A stretch of DNA of 64,000 nt from Mycobacteriales bacterium (lineage in GTDB: Bacteria; Actinomycetota; Actinomycetes; Mycobacteriales; QHCA01), in NCBI GenBank assembly GCA_038276285.1, contig JBBPZR010000002.1, positions 87,454 to 151,453 of the forward strand. Reading direction: 5' to 3'. The notes under the pieces are model-generated. The model did no database searches, was not told the origin of the DNA, and saw nothing but the letters and a program-made list of their open reading frames with translations. Shown here in pieces: positions 47,595-55,120 of this stretch. Each line of letters opens with the position of its first letter. The stretch's first letter is position 1. A program made the position numbers and the translations under genes.

Positions 47595-49115
47595 ATGGAA
47601 TCCACGAACCCGGCCCAGCAGGTTTGGCGCATGGTCATGTCCGCGCTGATCTTCGCCGTCATCCTCACGGTGCTCGCCTTCGCCACACTTCCCGGGTTCT
47701 CGTGGCAGATTCTGGCGCTGAAGGCCTTCCTGGTTTTCGTCCTCGGGCTGTTCCCGGGGTGGCTCTATCTCCAATTCATCGGTTTCAGGGCGTGGACCTT
47801 GTACGACGAATACGTCCTGAACCTGCATAGGCTGCGCATTGACGACCCACGCAACCTGCCTAAACCGCCGCCAGGTACCCCATTCTATGCGAGCTGGCGC
47901 GAGTCGCTGCCGGCCGGGATTCGGCTCGATCAGAACATCTATCTCAAGAAGTTCGAGGCCGCCTACGGCGCGTCCGCGGTTCCGCCGTCCCGGCGCGGGA
48001 ACGACGACGAGGACGCCGCTGCGATTCGCCGTCAACGGCTCACCACACAGATCAAGCAGGAACGTTTTGGACCCGTTCTATTGGCGACGGCTGTGTTCAC
48101 CGTGGGCTGGGCCACTGTGTTGCAGCCTGAGATATACCACGGCTCGTTTCTGCACCTCTTCGGCGATTTTCGACTCTCCGGACTGCCCCGGCTGCCACTT
48201 GACGCGCTCCGGATGGGCTACATCGGTTCGTACGCCTTTGTCGTGCAGTCGCTCGTCCGCCGATATTTTCAGCAGGACCTCAAGTCTCGTGCGTACGTCG
48301 GCTTCGTCGCACGCATCATCTTCGTCTCGGCCGTTGTAGTCGCGCTCCATCCGGTCTGGACTTCGCTGAAGTCAGGCGCCTCGGTCGAGGTTTCCGCGGC
48401 GTTCGTCTTGGGTTTCTACCCGGAGCTAGGACTTCGCCTGCTCAAGCAACGGGTGATGTCGTCGTTCAAGCGAGCGGCAAATGACGATGAGGAGCAGTAC
48501 CCCCTCCGAGACCTCGACGGCTGCAATCTCTGGTGCCAGGCGCGGTTGCTCGAGGAAGGCGTCGAGGACATGCAGAACCTCGTGACCGCTAACCTCGTGG
48601 ACCTGATGGTCAACACCCGGATGCCGGTGTACCGCATGCTCGACTGGATGGACCAGGCGTATCTCTACCTGCTGCTCGAGACTCCCAAAGGGACGGATTC
48701 GGCCGGGCGACGGGACCGCAGGGTGCTGCGCGGTTACGGCGTGCGGACCGCCAGCCAGCTGTGTGAGCTGGTCGAGGCGGGCGGGCCCCCGAAGTTGGTG
48801 GCCGGCCTTTCCAGGCTGCTCAACGTCGACAAGCTGGACAAGGACGACGGACTCCCCAGCCGAATCCGGGCGATGCACCGGACGCTCGGCGGCGAGGTGA
48901 ACCTCTGGCACATCCGCGCGTGGAAGCGCCGCGACTGGCTCGCCGAATCAAGACGTCCGACGACTGTCGACCTGACACCCGCCGGCCTTGTCGTTCCCAA
49001 GCCCAGACCGCAAGGAGGCGACCATGACCACCCAGCACAGGATCGGGGACCGGCAACTGCTGAGCCTCGACGGAACAGAGCTGGACAGGCTCTTCAGGAC
49101 CAGCCCGGCCGGTGA
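47595..49115 (+). CDS. Polytopic membrane protein with a C-terminal soluble helical region; family unknown
   Basis: The start is at MESTNPAQQVW. There are at least 6 hydrophobic helices in two clusters separated by a charged loop. The C-terminal part reads (..CNLWCQARLLEEGVEDMQNLVTANLVDLMVNTRM..LRGYGVRTASQLCELV) and looks like paired helix-hairpin-helix motifs. The 3' end overlaps the next gene by 92 nt. Confidence 0.65.
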   Translation: MESTNPAQQVWRMVMSALIFAVILTVLAFATLPGFSWQILALKAFLVFVLGLFPGWLYLQFIGFRAWTLYDEYVLNLHRLRIDDPRNLPKPPPGTPFYASWRESLPAGIRLDQNIYLKKFEAAYGASAVPPSRRGNDDEDAAAIRRQRLTTQIKQERFGPVLLATAVFTVGWATVLQPEIYHGSFLHLFGDFRLSGLPRLPLDALRMGYIGSYAFVVQSLVRRYFQQDLKSRAYVGFVARIIFVSAVVVALHPVWTSLKSGASVEVSAAFVLGFYPELGLRLLKQRVMSSFKRAANDDEEQYPLRDLDGCNLWCQARLLEEGVEDMQNLVTANLVDLMVNTRMPVYRMLDWMDQAYLYLLLETPKGTDSAGRRDRRVLRGYGVRTASQLCELVEAGGPPKLVAGLSRLLNVDKLDKDDGLPSRIRAMHRTLGGEVNLWHIRAWKRRDWLAESRRPTTVDLTPAGLVVPKPRPQGGDHDHPAQDRGPATAEPRRNRAGQALQDQPGR

Positions 49116-49485
49116 CTTGCCGACCGGCGACGCCGACGGGACGGTGCTGCTGTGGTCGGGCACCTGGCTAGGCCTTGCTGCAGCGCGGGTCGCGCGAGCC
49201 GTCGGCTGGCAGGGCAAGGCGTTCGATGCCGACGGACGCGGGCTCCGCAACAAGATCACGCCGTTCGGCGTGCGTGCGATCCGGGCGCAGGTCTACCCAG
49301 GGCAAAGCTGGGTTGACGGCGGCGACTGCATCGTTCTGGACTACTCGAAGAAGTCCCTGGTCGCACGCTGGGTCCGCGACGAGATTCGGCTGGTCGGGCC
49401 GGATCACTTCCTCGGTGTCGTGTGGTTGCGGCACCGGCGCGTCGCGGCATTTTCGCTGCGATTCGCTCGCGCCCTCGACGGCTGA
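49024..49485 (+). CDS. GXWXG / DUF4334-type small protein
   Basis: I trimmed the start to MTTQHRIGDR, which is preceded by CAAGGAGG. It has a GTWLG (GXWXG) motif, followed by ..NKITPFG..A.VYPG..DGG.CIVLDYS....RDEIRLVG.....GV. The family name is from memory. Confidence 0.65.
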   Translation: MTTQHRIGDRQLLSLDGTELDRLFRTSPAGDLPTGDADGTVLLWSGTWLGLAAARVARAVGWQGKAFDADGRGLRNKITPFGVRAIRAQVYPGQSWVDGGDCIVLDYSKKSLVARWVRDEIRLVGPDHFLGVVWLRHRRVAAFSLRFARALDG

Positions 49486-49492
49486 GTCCGCC

Positions 49493-50767
49493 GTGCCGCA
49501 CCAACTCGCCGTGACTGTGCGCGCACCAATCGCACCGGGGCGCAAAGCAGACGTCGTGCAATTGCTCTCCGACATCAACCGCAAGGGCGCGGCGAGCGGG
49601 CCGCTGCCCTTCGCCGAAATGGAAGGCGTGCACTTCGCGCGCTTGTTCGTGATCGACGACGCAACCGACCTCGAAGGTAGGTCGCTACCGGCCAGCCTGG
49701 TGTACATGGCCGACATCGACGCACCGCTGGGCCGTCACTGGGGTGAGCTCGCCGCCAAGGCGGGGCCTGGTCTCGACGAGGTATTCGGGCGCTGCGCCGA
49801 CTACCCCACCGAGCCGGTGACCCCGGGCGCCCGAACGGCCTGGCTCCGCGGCCACAGCGTCGCCAGCGGCGCCGTCTACGTCAACACCGTCGGCCGGGGG
49901 CTGCAGCAGATCCGGGGCGAGGCGTGGCTGCGGGAGGCGATCGAGGACTTCCTCGACGACCCCAGCGTGAGCCGGGCTCGGGCTTCCGCCACTGAAGTCC
50001 GAGCCGCCGTGCGCGAGTTCGTCGCGTCGCGCCCGGACCTGGCCTGGGCGCTGCGTCCCCCTTCTCCGCCGTCACTGGGCTTCCGACTGCGGGAAGCGGC
50101 CCACAAGGTCTGCGTCCCCCTCGTGGCGCTCCTCTTGTCACCCTTGCTGCTGCTTGCGCTGCCGGTCTGGGGGGTCTTGCTTCGCACGCATGAGCGGCGC
50201 GATGCGGCCAACCGCGAGCGTCCCAGTCTCGAACACGTGCGGATGCTCGACCGGTACGAGGATCACGCCACGCAGAACCCTTTCACCGCCGTGGGTCTGG
50301 TCAAGGGCGGGTGGTTCCGGCAACTGACGATCCGCGCGGTGCTCTACGCCACGAACTACGGCACCCGACACCTTTTCGCGAGGGGGAACCTCGCGGGCGT
50401 CAAGACGATCCATTTCGCCCGGTGGGTCAGCATCGACGACCGCCGTCGCGTCATCTTCGTGAGCAACTACGACGGCAGCCTGGAGAGCTACATGGACGAC
50501 TTCATCGACAAGGTCGCCTGGGGCCTCAACGCCGTCTTCAGCAACGGCTCCGGCTACCCGGCGACTCGCTGGCTCGTGCTCGACGGCGCGAAGGACGAGC
50601 AGGCCTTCAAGAACTACCTGCGCCGCGGGCAACTGCCGACCCAGGTGTGGTACTCGGCCTACGACACGCTCACCGCGCACAACGTCGCGACGAACGCCAG
50701 CCTGCGCGCCGGCCTATGGGCCGACCTGACGCCCGACCAGACTCGCGACTGGTTGACTCTGCTATGA
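49493..50767 (+). CDS. Hypothetical protein with two HFAR-motif halves (internal duplication)
   Basis: I trimmed the start to the GTG at 49493 (VPHQLAVTVRAPIAPG). The two related blocks are GVHFARLFVIDD (49631-49642 for HFAR) and TIHFARWVSIDD (50411-50422). The stop overlaps the DyP start as ATGA. Confidence 0.7.
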   Translation: MPHQLAVTVRAPIAPGRKADVVQLLSDINRKGAASGPLPFAEMEGVHFARLFVIDDATDLEGRSLPASLVYMADIDAPLGRHWGELAAKAGPGLDEVFGRCADYPTEPVTPGARTAWLRGHSVASGAVYVNTVGRGLQQIRGEAWLREAIEDFLDDPSVSRARASATEVRAAVREFVASRPDLAWALRPPSPPSLGFRLREAAHKVCVPLVALLLSPLLLLALPVWGVLLRTHERRDAANRERPSLEHVRMLDRYEDHATQNPFTAVGLVKGGWFRQLTIRAVLYATNYGTRHLFARGNLAGVKTIHFARWVSIDDRRRVIFVSNYDGSLESYMDDFIDKVAWGLNAVFSNGSGYPATRWLVLDGAKDEQAFKNYLRRGQLPTQVWYSAYDTLTAHNVATNASLRAGLWADLTPDQTRDWLTLL

Positions 50768-52140
50768 CGATTGAGCTGGACCTCCCCGATATCCAAGGCC
50801 TCGTCGCGCGGGGGTACGGCCAACTGCCCCATTCCCGCTTCCTGATGCTGTCGGTCACCGACCGCGCCGGCGCCCGTGAGGCGCTGAGCCGGCTACTGCC
50901 ACAGGTGACGACGGCTGACGAGCGCCCAGATGCGACGGCTCTCAATGTCGCGGTGACGGCGCACGGCCTGGCTGCGCTCGGTGTTCCGGATCGGGTCGCC
51001 GACGGTTTCCCCCGGGAGTTCCTCGCCGGCATGAGCGACCCGCACACGAGTCGTCTGTTGGGTGATCTCGACGGGTCCGCGCCGGAGCACTGGGCCTGGG
51101 GAGGGCCTGCGACGCCTCCGGTCGATGCCGCGCTGTTGACCTACGCGGCCGACGCGGCAGCGCTCGACCGGCAGTGCGACGCACTCGAACAGGATGTCCG
51201 GAGCAGCGGCTGGCGCGTCGCCGCGCGACTGGACACCCTGCCGCTGCAGCCAGACGAGCCGTTCGGCTTCCACGACGGCATCTCCCAGCCGCTGCTGGAG
51301 GGACTGCCCAGGGCGGCAGGGCGCGACGCGACCGTCCGCGCGGGTGAGTTCGTGCTCGGCTACCCCAACGAGTACGGCAAGCTCACCGACCGACCGCTCG
51401 TGGATGCCGGAGACGATCCTGCGGGCGTGTTGGCGCACAACGGCGGCCGCGACAACCGCAACGACCTCGGCCACAACGGCAGCTACCTCGTGGCGCGCAC
51501 GCTCCGCCAGGACGTCGACGGCTTCTGGCGATGGGCAAGGGAGGCGACTCGCGGCTCGGACGGCACTTCGGACGAGGCGCGCGCCGTTGCCCTCGCCGCC
51601 AAGGTGGTCGGGCGCTGGCCGAGCGGCGCATCGCTGGTCAAGACGCCCGAGGGCGACGATCCGGCTCTCGCCGACGACAACGACTTCGGCTACCACCATT
51701 CCGACCCGCATGGGTTCGCCTGCCCGATTGGCTCGCACGTACGCCGTGCCAACCCGCGCGATGCACTGGACCCCGACCCGGGTTCACCGGAGTCGATCGC
51801 CGTCAGCAACCGCCACCGGCTGTTGCGGCGCGGCCGCGTGTACCGCAATGACGACGGCGAGACCGGGCTGCATTTCCTGTGCATCGGCGCGAACCTCTCC
51901 CGCCAGTTCGAATTCGTCCAGCACACCTGGCTCGCCAACCCGAACTTCGCCGGGCTCTACGACGACGCCGACCCGCTGGTCGGCCCACGCGCTGCGCGGG
52001 GGGCGACGTTCACGGCACCCGGCCAACCCGTCCGCCAGCGCTACCGTGACCTGCCGCGGTTCGTCACCGTCCGCGGCGGCGCCTACCTGTTCCTCCCCGG
52101 TCTGCGGGCGTTGTCCTGGATCGCCGGGGACCATCCGTGA
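50764..52140 (+). CDS. Dye-decolorizing (DyP-type) heme peroxidase
   Basis: I trimmed the start to MTIELDLPDIQGLV. It has the GXXDG motif FGFHDGISQP (Asp at 51274-51276), the proximal His in GSHVRRANPRD (51736-51738) and the distal Arg context LLRRGRVY. Confidence 0.88.
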   Translation: MTIELDLPDIQGLVARGYGQLPHSRFLMLSVTDRAGAREALSRLLPQVTTADERPDATALNVAVTAHGLAALGVPDRVADGFPREFLAGMSDPHTSRLLGDLDGSAPEHWAWGGPATPPVDAALLTYAADAAALDRQCDALEQDVRSSGWRVAARLDTLPLQPDEPFGFHDGISQPLLEGLPRAAGRDATVRAGEFVLGYPNEYGKLTDRPLVDAGDDPAGVLAHNGGRDNRNDLGHNGSYLVARTLRQDVDGFWRWAREATRGSDGTSDEARAVALAAKVVGRWPSGASLVKTPEGDDPALADDNDFGYHHSDPHGFACPIGSHVRRANPRDALDPDPGSPESIAVSNRHRLLRRGRVYRNDDGETGLHFLCIGANLSRQFEFVQHTWLANPNFAGLYDDADPLVGPRAARGATFTAPGQPVRQRYRDLPRFVTVRGGAYLFLPGLRALSWIAGDHP

Positions 52141-52164
52141 GCGAATCGAGAAGAGAGGACCATC

Positions 52165-53997
52165 ATGCGCGAGGCTGACGGTCACGGTTCTGCCGGCCGG
52201 TTCCACGACACTCCCTTCTGGCGGACCTACGACCGGCTGGCCAAATGGGCCGACCGCCGGTGGGGGTGGGACCGGCTGCCCAAGCCACTTGGCTTGGCCG
52301 TGCTGATCGGCGTACGGGACCTGCTGCGCCGCGAAAACCTGTTCGACACGAGCCACGAGCCGGCCACCGACCTGCCGCCCGTCGCCGCACCGGACCCACG
52401 CCACTCGACGGCGCGCGGCATCGACGGCAGCTACAACGATCTCGCCGCACCTCGGATGGGCATGGCGGGATCGCGCTTCGGCCGCAACATTCCCCCGGAC
52501 CTCACCGCCCAGCCGGCGGTCGAGACGATCCTCTCTTCACCGAGCCCGCGCGAGGTCAGCCGGTCACTTCTGACCCGGACGACGTTCGTGCCAGCAGAGT
52601 CCGTCAACGCCCTCGTCGCCGCCTGGCTGCAGTTCATGATCCACGACTGGTTCAGCCACGGTAAGAGCCCCAAGGACGACCCGTGGGAGGTGCGCCTGCT
52701 CGACGACGACCCGTGGCCCGACCGTCCAATGAGGATCATGCGCTCGCGACCGGACCCGACCAGACCTCCCGGCGCCCGCGGACCCGCGACCTACGCCAAC
52801 TCGGAGACGCATTGGTGGGACGCCTCGCAGATCTATGGAAGCAACCGCGAGTGGCACGACTTCGTCCGCACCGGCCAGGACGGCAAGCTCAAGGTGAACC
52901 CTGACGGGACGCTGCCCAGGCCCACCCACCCTGACCACGATCCCTCCCGCGCCCCTGGCTTCTGGGTGGGCCTGTCGATGATGCAGACCCTGTTCACCCT
53001 GGAGCACAACGCGATCTGCGACCGGCTCCGGGCCGACTACCCGAATTGGGCGGACGACGACCTGTTCCAGCGCGCCCGCCTGGTCAACGCGGCCCTCATC
53101 GCGAAGATCCACACCGTGGAGTGGACGCCCGCGGTGATCAGCCACCCCACAGCGGTGACCGGCCTGCGGGCGAACTGGTGGGGCATCGCCGGCGAGCGGG
53201 TCAGCCGCCTGTTCGGCCGGCTCAGCTCCAGCGAGGTGATCAGCGGCATCCCAGGATCACGCACCGAGCACTACGGCGTTCCGTACGCCCTCACCGAGGA
53301 GTTCGTCGCCGTGTACCGAATGCACCCCCTCGTGCCCGATGACTACCGGCTGCGATCAACCGCTGACGACACCGTCTTGCGGGAATGCACCTTCCGTGAC
53401 CTCGCCGGTCCGAACGCCCTGGAGGTCGTGGACAAGATCGGCCTCTGCGACCTCTTCTATTCCTTCGGTACACAGAATCCCGGCCTTGTCTGCCTGCACA
53501 ACTTCCCGCGCTTCATGCAGGAGTTCGAGCGGCCCGACGGCATCCTGCAGGACCTGGGCGCCACCGATATCCTCCGCTCACGGGAGCTCGGCGTGCCGCG
53601 GTACAACGAGTTCCGCCGCCTACTGCACCTGCGACCCGCCAACGACTTCAACGACCTGACCGACAACCCGACGTGGGCCCGCGAGATCGAGCGCGTCTAC
53701 CACGGCGACATCGAGCAGGTCGACGTGACGGTCGGCATGTACGCGGAGAAACGGCCGAAGGGGTTCGCGTTCAGCGACACCGCGTTCAGGATCTTTGCGC
53801 TGATGGCCTCTAGACGGCTCAACAGCGACCGGTTCTTCACCACCGACTACACGCCCGCGGTCTACACGCGCACGGGTCTGGACTGGATCGCGGACAACAC
53901 GATGGCGACGGTTCTGTTGAGGCACTACCCCGGCCTTCGCCCCGCGATGCGCCAGGTCGACAACGCCTTCGCCCCATGGAAGCAAGCGTCTGGATGA
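52165..53997 (+). CDS. Heme peroxidase-cyclooxygenase superfamily fatty-acid dioxygenase (alpha-dioxygenase/COX-like)
   Basis: 610 aa. AAWLQFMIHDWFSHG carries the distal His (52642-52644). HYGVPYALTEEFVAVYRMHPLVPD carries the Y-x-x-H arrangement (Tyr 53314-53316, His 53323-53325) seen in COX and plant alpha-DOX. RSRELGVPRYNEFRRLL is also typical. Confidence 0.85.
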   Translation: MREADGHGSAGRFHDTPFWRTYDRLAKWADRRWGWDRLPKPLGLAVLIGVRDLLRRENLFDTSHEPATDLPPVAAPDPRHSTARGIDGSYNDLAAPRMGMAGSRFGRNIPPDLTAQPAVETILSSPSPREVSRSLLTRTTFVPAESVNALVAAWLQFMIHDWFSHGKSPKDDPWEVRLLDDDPWPDRPMRIMRSRPDPTRPPGARGPATYANSETHWWDASQIYGSNREWHDFVRTGQDGKLKVNPDGTLPRPTHPDHDPSRAPGFWVGLSMMQTLFTLEHNAICDRLRADYPNWADDDLFQRARLVNAALIAKIHTVEWTPAVISHPTAVTGLRANWWGIAGERVSRLFGRLSSSEVISGIPGSRTEHYGVPYALTEEFVAVYRMHPLVPDDYRLRSTADDTVLRECTFRDLAGPNALEVVDKIGLCDLFYSFGTQNPGLVCLHNFPRFMQEFERPDGILQDLGATDILRSRELGVPRYNEFRRLLHLRPANDFNDLTDNPTWAREIERVYHGDIEQVDVTVGMYAEKRPKGFAFSDTAFRIFALMASRRLNSDRFFTTDYTPAVYTRTGLDWIADNTMATVLLRHYPGLRPAMRQVDNAFAPWKQASG

Positions 53998-54500
53998 GTG
54001 CCGTCGCAAGTTCGACAAGTGGCAAGGAGACCCGGCTCGGTGCGAAGGCCGCACTCGGCCGACGCGGAGGCGCCGCGATCTATCCCGGCGTCAGATTCCG
54101 GGCGTACATTGACCGGATGGGACCGTCGCGGGTCCGTTGTCGACCACCGTCGATGCCTGGCCTCCGCGGCGAACGTCGGTGCTCAAGTGGTCGCCCTTGA
54201 AGCCGGTCTGCGACCCAGTCCGCGATTCGTTGCCCAAATCGGCCCCGATGTCGCCCCGCGGGATCGAGGTGGGTCACGACTCGCGCCTGACAGCTGGTGT
54301 CCCCCCGCGCATGGTGAAGTGGCGAGACACCAGGTCGTTGTCGTGGGCAGCGCCACACCGGCGTGGGCCCGTAGGGGGTCTCATGATCGTTCGTTTCCGG
54401 CGACGGGTGCTGGTTTCGGGCGGAACGGGCGCGCGGTCTCCACCGGGTTCGGGCCTCATCCGTGACCAAGCCGCAAGCCGAGGCAATGGGAGATTCACGC

Positions 54501-54710
54501 ATGATCACACCCAGGTGTTTCTTTGTCCCACCTCACATCACCGCCCACATCGCCAGGACCACCCCGCGGGAGAACGCCGACCCCACGGCCGCAAGTCGCA
54601 CGGCCGTAGTCGACAACCTCCTGCGTCAGCAGCGCAAGAGCGTGGCCTACGCGAACCTGCAGACGCTCACGCCGCCCCGCCCGGGCAAGGGTGACCGCCA
54701 GATTTTCCAC
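54501..54710 (+). pseudogene. Possible N-terminal fragment of a protealysin-like M4 metallopeptidase (propeptide region only)
   Basis: MITPRCFFVPPHITAHIARTTPRENADPTAASRTAVVDNLLRQQRK resembles the C-x-x-x-PP-x-x-L N-terminus of protealysin-type M4 peptidases. No catalytic domain (HEXXH) follows in any frame. Confidence 0.3.
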
Positions 54711-54829
54711 GGCCTGCTCGAACTCGCCGGCGTACTCCGACACGGCCACCAACCCGAAGCCGGGCAAGCCCGTCAACACCAGCATCGCCGTCGCCGCAGT
54801 AACGTCAACACGCACCTGGGACCTCCACA

Positions 54830-54860
54830 GATCAAGGACTTCGACACCCCTGATCGTGAG
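54830..54860. repeat. Possible collapsed third copy of the GATCAAGGA inverted-repeat element
   Basis: GATCAAGGACTTCGACACCCCTGATCGTGAG shares the left arm (GATCAAGGACTTC) and the right end (CTGATCGT) with copy B but lacks the spacer. Confidence 0.3.
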
Positions 54861-55057
54861 GTCCCAGGCCAATTTCCGGGCTCAGGCTGGAAGTCGTGTC
54901 GCGGCCCGGTCACCACGCTTCGCTGAGAAGAGCCAATCATGCCGACGTCGGCACAATAGGGCTTATGCCGACTCGGCGCGGATCAGCTGCGGGGTAAAGG
55001 GGTATCCCGCCCGCCGAAGTCGAGCAAGTCTAGTACTGTCAGAACTGCAGCCTATGG

Positions 55058-55078
55058 AGGCTGGTCTCTCACCAGCCT
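55058..55078 (-). terminator. Stem-loop downstream of the TPR gene (possible terminator)
   Basis: AGGCTGGT-CTCTC-ACCAGCCT is an 8-bp perfect stem about 45 nt past the stop at 55121. There is no U-tract. Confidence 0.3.
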
Positions 55079-55120
55079 GGGTCTGCGGATTCACTCACCC
55101 GGGTCGATTTCAGCGTCCGC

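Noticed and set aside
55080-55110. A possible att-type direct repeat of the tRNA-Ala 3' end (GCGGATTCACTCACCCGGGTCGA vs GGGGATTCGAACCCCTGACCCCCTCGA)
   Set aside because: Similarity is limited to GGATTC and a few scattered bases. That is too weak to call an attachment-site repeat.
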